From Dipteris shenzhenensis (lineage: Eukaryota), in the NCBI GenBank assembly GCA_047967505.1, contig CM106538.1: a stretch of DNA of 64,000 nt. The stretch is one strand, 5' to 3'. Below are positions 1-14,029 of this stretch, piece after piece; positions within the stretch are counted from its first letter, which is position 1, and the number at the start of each line of letters is the position of its first letter. Both the position numbers and the translations under genes were made by a program. The notes beneath the pieces are model-generated. The model was not told the origin of the DNA. It worked only from the letters and a program-made list of their open reading frames with translations, and searched no databases.

Positions 1-3000
1 ACGAGTCCAAAAATATTGATACCAAAGACCAAGGGTGTAGCAGTCAAGGGATAAATGAAGATGACATGGATGCATGCCTCCCTTCTCCTCCACCCCCACT
101 GCCTAGACCACCCCCAAATGACCCTCCCCCCAACTATTACTATGACTATGTGAGTGTTTCATTTTCCTAGTCTCCCCATGAGAATTCAATCTTGTGTTTG
201 ATGTTCATAAAATCAATTTCACTAAGCAGAGCCATGTGCAAGCCATGCTCGAGTACAAAGACAAAATCGATTTTTACCATAAGATTGAAAGGTGTTCAAA
301 AAAGGAACTTTATGCATGTGTGTTTGAGCACAAGACCAAATTGATTTTTTAAGTGTGTAAAGCAAGAATCACGATTTCATATGTGGAGCTTAAGATAATC
401 CACAGTATACCTTTTTTGAGCGACTTTGATTTTACATACTGAAAAATGCAATTTTAGCATAGGAAGAGGTGTCTACTGCCCCAAATCGTGTTTTTCAACT
501 GTTGTTGAAATTCATTACTCACACAAATCTTGGCCAATAGAAACACTAGTGGAATTGATTGTTGCATGTAAAAAATGGAGTACCTCTTGCATCTTCGTCC
601 ATCGTATTTTGTATTAGTGTTGACTCGTGAAGGCTATGCTTCTTGTAAGTCTCTCCTTTACAAATCTCGCCTTCTCGCATGAGCCTTCTTCTGCCGCTTC
701 TCACAAGAGACTTCTCACTTCTGCTTCTAGAGCCTTATAGAGTGCCGCTTCTGCAAGAGACTACTTGCAAGGGCAAGACACTACTCACAAGAGCCTTATA
801 GAGTGCCACATCTCGCAGGAGCCTTATAGAGTGACGCTTTTGTCGCCACCAATCGTCTCTCAGATTTGGTGCATGGTGCGAGACTACAAGGCCAAGTAGT
901 GAATCATGACAATCCCAAACGAGGCGCACACCTGAAGATAGTAGATGAATCTTTACAAATGGCTATTGGACCCACCACGCTGTTAAAAGCGAGTTTCCAA
1001 ATAAAGCTATACAACCAAAAATAGCAAGCTTCCATATAAAGAGACATGTGGGTCCATTTTGGCTCAAAGTCATAGGGAGATGCGAGGCAGCAATTCGTCA
1101 TCACATAAGGTAGATGCGAGGTAGCGATTGTTGTCAACAAGTTCATGCAAAGACCAAAGACATTATCCTACTCGCAATTACCTCCCAGGTTGGTTCAGTT
1201 TTCTGCTTTAAATCTCCTTATGGTAACTCAAGCGTGCACAAAATCGTGAGAGCCGTGTTTATGTTGAAAAAAGTGATTTCAAATGTGTGGGCTTGGGCAG
1301 AATGGCCATATCGCATTTTTCAGCATGTTTAAGCATCTCTTGGAAAAATCAATTTCCCATGCTATATAGAGATTTGCATCACCTTGATAGCAAATGTAAA
1401 TTTCATGCTACAAAAATCAATTTATTGTGTGGAGGTAGAGGTAACATGCCATATCGCCTTTTTGAGAATCTATGAATGGCAATCATGAATATTTCGTTGA
1501 AAAAGGCGATTTCACATCTCTAGATTTGGGCAACATGCTAGATAGGTTTTTCGAGCGTGTTTCAATCAAAATTAAAAGAGCGGGTTTTTCAAATTGATAT
1601 CTTCCTCGGAAAAATGTGATTTTATGTAGGGAGGTGTTGGGTAACAAGGGAAATTGCTTTTATGAGTGAAATTGCTTTTATGAGCAAAATAAACTCAAAG
1701 TCCGCTCGAGAAAGCAATTTGTTGCTTCTTAGCAAACCAATCCACAGCAAATCGCTTTTTTGAGCATGATTTAAACATTATCTAGGCTCTATGTCAAGAT
1801 TCAATCACAAATGCACAATTTGATGCTTCCTAGCAAGCTATCTCAAACAAACTCTCTTTGTGGAGCATCTTGTATAGAAATTTCTAAATAACAAAAAATG
1901 TGCAGCATCTTTTGATGATTTGAAATCTCAATCTGTTAGAAAACACAATTTCATAATGTCGCACGGTATTGTTTCATATCATATCACTTTTTTAAGCTAT
2001 TGGAACAATTTGAACATTTTTGATAAGGTTTTGCTCAATAGAAAAAGAGAGACTTTGCTATGGACTTGCTAAATAGCAGTTGAAACACTTAATTGCACGA
2101 GTGTGGGAACATACATACTTGTTGCTTGCTACTCCATAAAATGTGGCCCAATATTATTCATGAAGTGCTGTGGAAAGGTAGCACTATGCCAAATATGTGG
2201 ATCTTGGAGTTGTAAAATAAGACCTCTACCAATTATAAAAACATTGTAGTCGATGGGCCCCAAGAGAGCGAGATAACGGCTATCCTAGCCATTACTAGCT
2301 TGCACATGTAAGCGTCTAGTAAGGGTCCACTTTCAACCTACCCTATATTGGATTCTAGTGGCCATTTACAACAAAGACAGAATGGCTAGCATGATTTTCC
2401 TTTATTATCATCAACTCGTGCATTACTATCAACCCAAGATAAGGGTTAGACTGTCTCTCTTTTTCCTAAGGTAGATAATGATCCTCAAGTCAGTGCAAGG
2501 AAAATATCCCCCCAATAGACGATCAATACCCTCCAGATTGGTTTCCTTGTTTGTTTCTTTGTTTGTTATCACTGTTTGAAAAAAAAAGCTCAAAGAAGCC
2601 ATTTCAAGTCTTTCAAGAAGTCGAATAGAGCTGTTCAACATAATTGTTTAAGTGTATGATACCATTACAAAAACATCATGTTTTGTGTTTGAAAAAGAGA
2701 TTTCATCCTCCACAACAGGTCGTGACATACCAAATTGCTTTTTTGAGCATGATTTGAAGACATTGTAGGTTAGAACTAAAGCTCTGCTCAAAAAAGCGAT
2801 TTCATGCTTCCTATCAAGTCCTCTCACACAAAATCGCTTTTTTGAGCATATTTCATAGACATGGCTACTCATTACTCAAAACTATTTCCAAAAAGTGAAT
2901 TCATCCTTGATGGCTAGAGTATGACACTTGAAATCTCTTTTTCAAACATTTTTTACCTGTGAAGCGATTTTAGTATGTTGGTATTGTTTAGAATATATTG

Positions 3001-3380
3001 TTTAAAAAAGCTTTCTTTAGCATATTTTCCATTAGTTAAAGCATCTTCTCTGGTGTTTGCATGTTCAATAACACATGACTAATTTGTTTGCTTAGCATGT
3101 AAAGTTATATAAGAAAGTGGTTTCATTGGTATGTTGGTGTACTATAATGTAATTCTAAATCTCTTTGTTGAGCACGTTTTGCATATGTCCTATAGTGGTT
3201 TGCAATCTTACAACCTCTCTTGATGCTTAAAGGATTGTGTTTTATGTTTTTTTAGTTAAGAAGATTGGATATGGCAAGGACCAAATCCACAGCAAGAAAA
3301 CATGGAAAAGGTCCCGACATTGCAATAGTTGCTCCCAAAGTAGAAGCATCTCAAAGGGGTCATCACCAAAGAAAGGGTAA
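1..3380 (+). pseudogene. Decayed spliced accessory gene(s) of a MULE-like DNA transposon; product unknown
   Basis: Exon-like blocks with in-frame stops: 1-148 (Pro-rich, ends at a GTGAGT donor), ~620-1188 (ends at GTTGGT), ~2090-2400 and 3256-3378. They are separated by AT-rich introns carrying a repeated AATCGCTTTTTTGAGC-like motif and converge on the transposase remnant. Confidence 0.4.
3271..3378 (+). pseudogene. Exon starting with a histone H3 N-tail-like peptide (MARTKSTARKHGKGP), no histone fold
   Basis: ATG at 3271 follows a TTTTTAG acceptor at 3255. MARTKSTARK matches H3 MARTKQTARK at 9 of 10 positions, and similarity ends there. Confidence 0.6.
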
Positions 3381-3451
3381 ATCAGTGCATATACTCAAGC
3401 AAGTTGTTGAGTGCCAAGCCTCCAAGAAAATGGTGCAATATCCAAACATGT

Positions 3452-3812
3452 GGCATATAGCATATAGCATACGATATATAAACATATAAACATATAGCAT
3501 AAAAACATATAAATATATTCAATATATAAGTATTGAACATGTAACATATAGCATATAAACTTATGTCATATAAACATGTAAACATGTACTCATAAACATA
3601 TGAACAAGAAAACATATAACCATATAGACATATAGCACATAAACTTATGGCATATAAACATATAAACATGTGCACACTTGAACGTATAAACAAATAAACA
3701 TATAAACATATAGCATATAAAATTATGGCATATAAACATATAAACATATAAACATATAACATGCAAACATAAAAGCAACGACATAAACATATAGAACAAT
3801 GACATATACATA
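3452..3812. repeat. AT-rich minisatellite of CATATAAA/CATATAG units
   Basis: Directly visible run of 7-8 bp units; explains the spurious Y/M/I/C-rich ORFs on the minus strand. Confidence 0.85.
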
Positions 3813-4556
3813 AGGTATCTGGAACTTAAGCATGGCAACAATAGTGTTTTTCATTTCAACACCATACAATATGCTCAAACTTTCCCATTCAAGTATTAGT
3901 GCAGTGGTCACCCATAGACATCTCGTTCAGGTATTCTTGCATACTCTTCTTATTGCGTCTCGACTTTCCAATGGCCACAAGGGATGGATAAGACGTGGTT
4001 GCCCCTGTAGGAGTTGAGCTCTTACACTAGCACCTGTGTTTCTCTATGAAAGGTCTTGCCCTCGGGATCGAGTTCCTAAAACCATCATCGATGGCTTGGA
4101 GTGTGGTGATAGGGTGAAGAGTTTGGTCCTCCATCCTTGCCTTTAACACCTGTAGGTCTATATTAGCTTGCATCATCATAGCTATACCCTGAGATAGAAG
4201 GAACTCATTTCCCCCTACAGCATGGCCAACCATAACCCTAAGTTAGCCCACCCACCTTTACTGTACAAGTCAAGCACATCACACTGTGTCGCAATTGTAC
4301 TTGCTATGTTTTCCACCATGGACATGTAACCCCTAAGTTCATGATGACAAAGTCTCTCCACTGTTGCGATTGTGCCAAGATTAGTGGTATCTGAAATGAT
4401 CCCACCCTCTTGCACTACATGAGAGGCACCCTCTTGGAGTCCCACATTTTCTTTTTCACCTAAAACATTTGGGTGACCTATGGCAAACAGGTTACAGCCC
4501 ATGCAATCAACATAATCACTAATTTGTTTTTGTTGTAAGCACAAAACAACAGTACT

Positions 4557-5225
4557 TCACAAACCTTGGTTTTCAAATTCCATGAAATTCCCATCATGCA
4601 AGCGTAGGGCCTGTACTACCACCGTCTCCAAGGGAAAGCCGTAAAGGATCAGTACCTTAGCCTGGTGCTTGCAGAAATTACCTTTGCAAGACCAGTCATA
4701 GTCACAATAAGCCCACTCGCAATCAACATTGTACACGGTGTAAATTTCCCTGGCTCTTGATATGCTTTGAATCGTAGCTATGAGGTGCTCTCCTTTGAGG
4801 AATGTGACGTACTCATCAGGGATTTCATTCACTCAATGGACGGCATTATCGATGATGCCCTCAATGTTACAATTCCTCTTAAAGCCCTTGTTCTTCACCA
4901 TGTCAACATACCAATAATAGGGCAGACACTTGCAGAGAATCTTGTCCAACAACCAGTCCATATGTCAACCAATAGAGCTCTTCTGCCCCGCAAGAAACCT
5001 TCACTTTAACATACTATAATATGACTCTATTACACCGTTCGTGTCCGGCTAGCATGGGGCAAGTGCCTAGTTGCCCGTACCCACATGTCTACATCAAAAA
5101 CAACAAATCAATCTCAATCTCAATAATCAAGTACATCCACAATAACCTAAGGTTAGGCACCCATGAAAATCTCAAGCTGACCTATGTCAATTCAAGCTAC
5201 CTCTTTCCATTGTTTGCCCATAGAT
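4557..5225 (-). pseudogene. MULE (Mutator-like) transposase C-terminus with SWIM zinc finger, degenerate
   Basis: Translation across frameshifts gives DMWVRATRHLPHAS..TNGVIESYYSMLK (MULE TN..ES motif) and YTVYNVDCEWAYCDYDWSCKGNFCKHQAKV (SWIM CxC..CxH with one Cys lost). A GT-AG intron lies at ~5091-5181. Confidence 0.75.
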
Positions 5226-6932
5226 AAGCCTCATTTCATCTCTCTCTTTTCCATTTTCCAAGCATGGCTGACATTCCTGTGTTTTGTGGATGGGTTGAAG
5301 AAAATCCAATTAAGTATCTTGTGGCCTTCAAGTGCCGTTGTGTTTCTCTCAACTTTCTTACTGAAGACAGATGGTTGTTGGTTCTTCTCACATTTCTAGA
5401 GGGTTTGGCTCAAGTGTGGTATGAGAAGCAAGCCAAAGACATTCGCCAAAGCTAGCCAAGGTTGACAGCAACGATGATTGAGAATTTTGGCAAAGAAGAG
5501 GAGCCGGAGAATGTGTACCTGCAGGTGGCAAACTTGAAGTAGGCAGAAGGTGAGATGGCGCGTCGATATGTGGATCGAGCGGCCGTGCTCCTAGACCATT
5601 TAATTGCCACACATGAGGACAATGCCGGATTTTGAGCTAGAATGACTCAGCATGTTTTGGGCTACCTTGTAGTAGGAGCAAGTGACAAATTCCGCCTCAA
5701 GGTTAAATGGGAGAATCCAGAAACTATGGTGCTAGCAAATGAGATTGCTCAAAAGTTTGATAAAGTTCAGTCTGATCCCACTTCAAAGAAGACGATTGTC
5801 CCTCCGCAACCCCCTCAATTCTTGCAACAACAACCTAGGGGGTCTAACTCAGGGGCATACCCCCACCCCTCATCAGTAATGTATCCACCACCTCCACCTC
5901 AAATGTATGGTCCTCCCTTAGATGCTTACCCTCAACAAGGTGTATATTCTCACCCTCCACCTCGAAGATTTCCCCAGCCTCACCCACGAGCCCCCCTCCT
6001 TTCTACTCCCTCAACCCCTCGAGCTAAAGAGGCCCCTCCTGCAAAAGAACCTGTAGTTAATGACCTAGCCAAGGACTTGAATGATCTTCGGCTTGAGATG
6101 GTGGGCATCAGAAATCAAGCCAACCGCCCTCCAAGAGATTGAGCTAATGTTGTATGCTACGAGTGCCACTAGAAAGGTCATTATCGCACGGAATGTCCCA
6201 ATGAATTCCAAGGGTGAATCTTCTAAGTGAATCTAGCACTGAGGATTCTGATGTAGAGATCCTTGACCTTGGGAAAAGAAGTCGTACCGCCTAGGACCCC
6301 TCTCGAAACTGTGGACCAAGCCGCCCTAGGAAGAAGGTGTCCTTCTCAGAGCCTTCAGATGCTGAGATGGCAAACCCACCAGTAGAGAAGACTAAAAGAT
6401 CTCGCACGAGTAAGTGGTCGCCCTCGGATTTTCCCATCAGCTCAGGGCAAGAAGACTATTCGGTCGTTCATGACCTTGCTCATCGTTCTTTGAGCATCAC
6501 GCTCCCTCAACTAATAGCATTAAGCCCTAAGGTGAGACGTGAGCTGTAGCAAGGGCACTCAACAAGGAGGAATAAGAAAGAGGGAAAGGTAAGAGAGGTA
6601 TCTTCTATCTTTGAAGAAATTGATCGGCACACACATACAGTCGATGTCATCTTAGATAATTGCCGTGTCAAAAATGTGCGTGTTGATGGGAGAGCTGCAT
6701 ATAATATCATGGTGCCCCGAATCATGAAGAAATTGAATTTGAAATGTACAAGGCGTTCCTCCACTCGAATCAAGGTAGCAGATGGTCAACGACTCACCAC
6801 CTTGGGAGTCATTGAGGATTTGCCCATCACCGTCAATGGGTTGACCACCACCGTCAATTTCTATGTAGTGGACATTGAAGGTTACCCAGCCATACTCGGG
6901 AGACCATGGTTAAGAAAGAGTGATGCAGTCAG

Positions 6933-9900
6933 TGAGAGTGCTCTCAACGGAAGCAAGAACGGAAGAGGGAGAGAGAGAAACAGAGAGCCACACAAGTTTT
7001 GGTGGGTGCAGAATACCCTAATCTTCTTTTTCATTCATTTATATATGTGTTTGAGTATTGTACATAACCGAGGTAAAGGCACAGTGACCTTTAACCCCCA
7101 TAACCTCCCACTTAAAGGACAATGTGCCTTTAAGGGAGAACAACCAATGAGCATACTATCCAATGCCCATCAATACACGACAATACTCAAACCACTGACT
7201 AGGTAGACTCTTCGTCAGCATATCTACAGGGTTATCATCTGTATGAACCTTGACAAGCTCTATGCGCTTGTCCTCAAGTACCTCCCTGATGAAATGGTAC
7301 CTAGCCTCAATGTGTTTGGTCTTTGCATGAAAGACCGGATTCTGTGCTAGCTAAATAGCACTCATGGAATCACTATGCAATGTTGGTACACCTGTATGAA
7401 TCCCCAAATCTCCCACTAGCCGATCAAGCCATATAGCCTCCTTGCAACCCTCTGTAGCTGCAACATACTCAGCCTCTGTGGTAGACAAAGCAACACACTT
7501 CTGTGCATGAGACATCCACGACACTGCAGCACCTGCAAAGGTGAACACATAACTAGAAGTGGATCTCCTACTATCCACATGCCCTCTGCATAGTCTAAAT
7601 CTATGTACCCAAGTACACGCATGTCTCCTCTACCAAAGCAGATGCACATCTCCTTGGTACCCTTCATGTACCTCATGATGCACTTAACTACCTCCCAATG
7701 CCTCTTTCTTGGATTAGCCATATACCGGCTAACAACTCCCACTGCAAATGCAATGTCTAGTCTAGTGGCTATCATAGCATACATAAGACTCCCAACTGCT
7801 GATGCATAAGGAACCTTGGCCATCATGGCCCTTTCCTCATCTGATTTGGGACTATCTCTATGACTCAGTTTCACATATGGAGGCAATGGAGTACTCACTA
7901 CCTTCCCCCCCTCCATATTGAAACGCTGCAATACTTTTGTAACATACTCTTTTTGTGAAAGCCAAAGGAGTTTCCTACTCCGATCACGCGTGATGCGCAT
8001 ACCAAGAATATGATCTGCAAGTCCCAAATCCTTCATATCAAAGGCCTCATGCAACTTGGCCTTTAATGCATCTAGCTCATAAGTATTCTTGCTAGCCAAT
8101 AGCATATCATCCACATATAGTGCCAAGATTATCAAGCTATTATCCTTAGCCCTTTTAGTGTAGAGGCAGTGATCAATTTCACTCCTTCTAAAACCCTGGG
8201 ACCGAATGAAAGCATCAAACTTCTAATACCATTCTGTAGGCGCTTGCTTAAGACCATAGAGACTCTTCTTTAGCTTGCAAACTAAATGCTCTTGGCCCTT
8301 TTCTTCAAAGCCTTCCGGCTGCACCATGTAAATTTCCTCATGCAAATCCCCATGCAAGAAAGTTGTCTTGACATCCATCTACATAAGCTCCATATCCTCT
8401 GATGCCACTAGTCCAAGCATGCATCTGAGTGTGGTCATCTTCACAACGAGAGAGAATATCTCATTAAGGTCCACACCCTTCTCTTGCTTGAACCCTTTAG
8501 CGACCAAACGGGCCTTGTACCTAGGCACATCATCACCTGCAACCTTCATTTTGTAGACCATTTACATGGCAAGGCTTTCTTTCCATGTGGCAAAGAAACC
8601 AAGTCCCAAGTCTTATTCTTCATAAGAGAACTCATCTCTGATTGCATAGAATACTCCCACTTGCGTTGATCCTTGTGCATCATAGCCTCTCTGTAGCAAG
8701 AAGGCTCCCCACAATCAGTAAGCATCACATAGTCTACCCCTGGAACAAACCTATCAAGCGGTCTAGACACTCTAGATGATCTTCTCAAGGGCATTTCAGC
8801 TTGCTGTCCCACCTGCATATCAGTCACATTTGGCTCATCATTTCCACCAATAGATGATCCATTATCTACCCTTGATTGTATACCTGTGGGAGTACTTGGT
8901 GGTACCATTTCTTGCACATTTGGTGCATGGACAGCTTGCTGTGTATCAACATATGCAGGTGGATTCACATCTTGAAAAGTGATTCTCCTCATTTCCACAT
9001 CCCTCATGGGTGCCTTATGCATCTTCTTCTCATTGAAGACTACATCATGGCTATGTATGATCTTCTTTACTTCTGGATCCCAGAGACAATAGCCCATCTC
9101 TCCACTTTTACCATAACCCAGAAAGATGCATTTCCTAGACTTAGGATCTAGCTTCTTTCCAAGCTCTTTTGGCACATGTGCATATGCGTCACACCCAAAT
9201 ATATGCAAATGAGAGTAAGAGGGCTTCTTTCCACTCCATGCCTCTTTAGGAATACCACCATCCAAACTCTTACTAGGTGATCTATTGATCACATGCACTG
9301 CAGTCTTCATTGGAGACTTGCATTGGAAAGCATGCATTGCAATCTTTCTTGAATGGTACGGTTCATCTTTTCTGCAACTAGATTTTGCTCTGGAGTACGA
9401 GGGGATGTGAGCTCCCTCTTAATCCCACATGTATCACAGAAATGCTGAAAGTCATGAGAGATATACTCTCCACCATTGTCAGTCCATAAGCATTTAAGTG
9501 TTCTACCTTACTGATTCTCAACCAAGGCTAGCCATTTCTGAAATACCTGGAACACATCACTCTTTGGAGCTATAGCATAAGCCCACACTTTCCTAGTTGC
9601 ATCATCAATGAATGTCACATAGTATTCAGCCCCACCTAATGACCGTGTAGGCATGGGACCACATACGCCTAAATGCACCAATTTTTCAAACTCTTTCTTT
9701 CCCCTTCTTTTACGGGCTGATTTAGTCTGCTTCCCATAGAGATAGTGCTCACAAAATTCAAAATCAGAGAAACTCAAATGCGATACATAACCGAAATGGC
9801 ATAAGAGTTTCATTCCATTCTAGCTCATGTGCCCCAACCTGCAATGCCACAAAGAAGTGCTTGGCTGCTCGGTTATTGCAACAGCATGATCAAATACCCC

Positions 9901-11285
9901 TGATACATGTAAGGGATACAAAGTCCCACACTTGGCACCCCTGGCCAAAAGCATAGAGCCCTTCTGAATTTTCCAACTCTTAAAGCCAAAAGTGGTGTGA
10001 AAACCAGCATCATCTAGCTGACCCACTCAAATAAGACTCTTGGTCAACTTAGGCACATGTCTCACATGTTTCAAAATAAATGCAGACCCATTTGCAAAAG
10101 AAAACTTTATGTCACCTACTCCCACTATGTCACATGCATAGTCATTTCCAAGATGCACACAACCTGTCTTTCCACTATCATAAGTGGAGAACCATTCCCT
10201 ATGGGGAGTAACATGGAATGAAGCACCAGAATCCAAAATCCAATCCTAGGAATATGCATCATCTGAAGTGGTAAGCAACTCTGCAGATAAACTAGACATG
10301 AAGAGAACGTCATTGTCACTATCATGTGTGACTGCATCGATCTCCTCGATCTTCACTTTTCCTTTGTCCTCCCTTGGACTCTCTTCCTTTTGATTTACAC
10401 CCCAATTTGCATTCTTTTTCTTATCCTTTTTCTCTCTTTTCAGCTTGTAGCAATCCTTTTTCATATGGCCCTTCTTGCCACAGTGGTAACACTCAATGTT
10501 CTCTGCCCTAGATTTGCTACGAGACTTCCCTCTTTCTTGGGACTTCCCCCTGAACTGTGATCTGCCCCTTAGCACATTTAAGGCTGCATCCTACTTGTTG
10601 CTGTCCATAGACTTCCGTCTAACCTCCTCGGCCAACAAGCTACCCACAACATCAATACTCCACCAAGTGCAGAGTTATTGACAGCTGTACAGAATGTATC
10701 CCATGAGGATGGCAATGAACATAAGAGAAATATTGCCTTAGTCTCCGCATCAAAATTCATCTTCTGAGCCTAAAGCTGGCTGAAAATAATATTGAATTCA
10801 TTCAAGTGAGAAGCAATGGAGACCCTTCGTTCATCTCCAGCTCAAACAACCTCTTCATGAGGTAAAATTTATTAGAGGCAGTTTCCTTTTCATAAGTGGC
10901 ACACAGTTTCTTCCACAAATCTTCCGTAGTCTGCTCATTTACTACTGTGAAATAAACTAACTTTGCAAGATGAAGTCTAATAGTATATTTTGCTAATGCA
11001 TCCAACTCATTCCAATCATCCTCATACATATTTGCAGGCTTAGCTTCAATCCCTGCCAAGGGTTTAATCTGCTTCTTTTGAATAAGCACATCCCTTATTT
11101 GTTCTTTCCACAAAGAAAAGTTTGTCCCATCAAACTTTTTAATGCTAAAAAACTCCTTTTCAAACATGGAAGAGGATGCCATGATGCAGATGAAGCAAAA
11201 ATCTCAAATGCTAGTGCCTACAAGAGAGAATCACACCAAATACCAGGTGCACCCAAATGTGTATGCCACAATAGAGTGAAATATC
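6933..11285 (-). mobile_element. Copia LTR retrotransposon nested in Gypsy copy 1; 5' LTR missing; ORFs disrupted
   Basis: gag from 11182 (KFDGTNFSLWK), zinc knuckle CYHCGKKGHMKKDC, protease DSGAS, integrase, RT (YKARLVAKGF, LYVDDML) and RNase H ending ~7156. PPT at 7103-7113 and a ~170-bp 3' LTR at 6933-7102 ending in CA. Confidence 0.93.
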
Positions 11286-12816
11286 GCTGGAAAGTCCTTC
11301 ATTATAATCTCTAGCAATGGTCTTGCAAAGCAGGTTCTTCAATTGCCAAATCCCATGGGCCGGTTGGCCAAATGGTTGGCAGTTCTATAAAGAATATGAT
11401 TTTTCTTTCAAAATTGTAAAAGGGGGTTGTTCCAACTTGAAGAATGCTTTGATTGATTTAGAGAAGTGCCTCGATGTAACCCTTGTAGCAGCCATATAAG
11501 TGGGGGATCCATGGTATGGTGGTATCTACAGGTTTCTAACTGCTTTCTCCTTTCCTCCAGAAAGTACTAGCTATGAGAGAAAGAAGATCCACAGAGATAG
11601 TAGGTGCTACACCCTCTTTGATGGGGTGTTCTACCGTCAAGGCATGGATGGGATACTAAGACGGGCCATTGATGCAGATGAAGTACCTAAGGTATTGAAG
11701 CATTATCATGATGGATTTTGTGGAGGCCACTATGCCAGTGGACTATATAGCTAAGAAGATTTTAGATGCTGGATACTATTGGTCAATCTTGTTCAAGGAT
11801 GTCACTTTGTATTGCAAAACCTGTGAACCATACCAATTCTTTGGTAGGAAGGATTTGCATCCTGGGCAACATCACCCAGTGATTTCCATCCATCCGTTTC
11901 AGAAGTGGGAAATAGATTTTGTCGGGCCCTTGCCCATAACTGGCCGCAAAAAGAAGTATCTTTTGGTAGCCACTCAGTATGTCACTAAGTGGGCTGAAGC
12001 TATCGCCCTCCCCACTGCAAATGGTAAGGGAATTTCAAATTTCGTATTTGAACGTATCTGCACAAGGTTTGGGACACCCATGGAAATAGTCTCAGACCAT
12101 GGGAGTCCATTCTTAAATGAAGCAATGGAGTTACTCATGGATCGCATGGGTATTGATCATCGCACTTCTAGCATCTATTATCCAGCATCCATGGGTCAAA
12201 CGGAGCGGACCAATGGCCTCCTTTGTAAAACCATGGGAAAAATGGCCACAGGGAATAGGAGCCAGTGGGATCAGAAGGTCATAGAAGCCATATGGACTTA
12301 CAACATCACTCATAAAACATCTACAGGTCACACTCCTTTTGAGTTGGTATATGGTACTGAGGCCGTTTTACCACTAGAGATAGAGATTCCAACTTTGAGA
12401 TTGGCACAAGAACAGAGGATGACAAAAGATGAACATGTAGAGGCCCGATCGGTGCAACTTGAGAAGCTAGATGAAACCCGACGCCTTGCCCTACATCAAA
12501 CAGAGATTCAAAAGAATCAACAAAAGGCCCGCTTGGATGCTAAGATTTGCAAGGGATGGGAAAGACACTTTGCTGAGGAGGATGTTGTGCTATGATTTGA
12601 TAACATATTGGACCACCAAATGGATAAGAAGTTTCTGCCACTGTGGATCGGTCCATACAAAATCATCAAGGAACATAGCAATGGGTATGTACAAGTTCAG
12701 GAGCTGCATGAGCCATATGGCAGGAAGGTGATCAACAAGCGTTATCTCAAGCCCTTCTTTGTGCGTGATGGACCCAGGCATGGAAATGCTATGCATTCCC
12801 TGCTTGGGAGGAAAAC

Positions 12817-13732
12817 TGTTATGGATAAATTTGTCTAAGGAAAAAGGCATTAATATGTGTGTGTTTGTATGTGTGGCAATAGTATAATACAATATGGTGT
12901 GCATAGGGCCCAGGGTTGAGGTGGCAGGGAATGACCATGTGCCACCCTTCCACATAAGAGGACCCATAAGGTGTGATCCATGGTAGTAATATTATAAAAT
13001 GTAAGGTGGCAATTCCATGTGCCACCCCTCCACCTAGGCTGCATTTAGTCATATATGGCTCAAAATCCATGGGAGAAGTAATATAAAATAGGTGGAGATG
13101 GATATTATATTGGGTTATTCCCTCCATATAGGATAGGCCCATGTGGGGAAGGTATAGATAGTCCAAGGATGCAAGTTAAATAATGGGAAAAGTAGGATGA
13201 GGTGGCAAGATTCCTTGTGCCACAACCCTCCACTTGTCCTCCTAGATGTTTGAACGTATTATAAAATTGGGAAGAGACCAAGGGAGCATCATAGACTTGG
13301 GATATGGGAGTTGATATATGTGGAAAAATGTGGCCAAGCGTTATCGCACACAATTGAGAGTGCGTAACCGCCTAGCCCACATGAAAGACTCTTCCACACA
13401 CACCGGGCTATTCCTTGATGAGACACGCTCATTCTTGTAAAGCCACCTAGCTAGTACTTTGATTTCTCCCTTCCCTTCCTTTCAAAATAAAGCATGGTCC
13501 TCTTCCCTTGATGTCTCCATCTTTACATTCCTCCTCCGATCATGTACACACTTCTCTTCCCCCTCTCCCTTTCCCCTTATGTCATAGTCTTCCTCTTCAT
13601 TCCCTCCCCTTCTTATTTCTTTTTTCCTCCCATGATAACGTTTCACCCTCATGTTCTCCTTTCCTCTATGGCCCTCGAGCGTCGCCATGCTTAGCCTCTA
13701 GCCTTTGATCGTGATTTCTTTTCCAGCTAATA
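12817..13732 (+). repeat. 3' LTR of Gypsy copy 1
   Basis: Starts TGTTATGG right after the PPT and aligns in reverse complement with 57740-58719. It lacks a block of about 55-60 bp, containing CTATAAAA, that copy 2 retains. Confidence 0.9.
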
Positions 13733-14029
13733 CCACACTAAACAACAAGATTAGCAACCATGGCATAAAGTGGAAATGCATCTTCAATCAATGAAGTTAG
13801 TGTTTTTCTTAATTTACACGTACTCATACACCCATAATGATCACTTTCGAGAACATAAATGAAGAGCCAACATAGTGGTATTGAAATGAATGCCAATCGA
13901 AAGGAAGCATTTTATTTACATTAAACATTGGGATTAGGTCAAGCCTTGCATGGAACAATACAACAAATAAGGATGTCATTGATCCATGAAGAAAATATTT
14001 TTTTGGATAGCACTCAGAGTACACAATAT

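Larger units (their letters stand above)
5230..13732 (+). mobile_element. Gypsy (non-chromoviral-type) LTR retrotransposon, copy 1; lacks 5' LTR and RT; interrupted by a Copia
   Basis: gag from 5264 with a CCHC-like knuckle at ~6155-6200. Protease region 6640-6932 (VDGRAAYN, ILGRPWL). RNase H tail from 11286. Integrase 11500-12838 (IDFVGPL, SDHGSPF, GQTER, WIGPY). PPT GGGAGGAAAAC precedes the LTR. Confidence 0.9.

Noticed and set aside
3265-3489. Genuine histone H3/CENH3 gene
   Set aside because: Similarity ends after about 10 residues, and no histone-fold exon follows.
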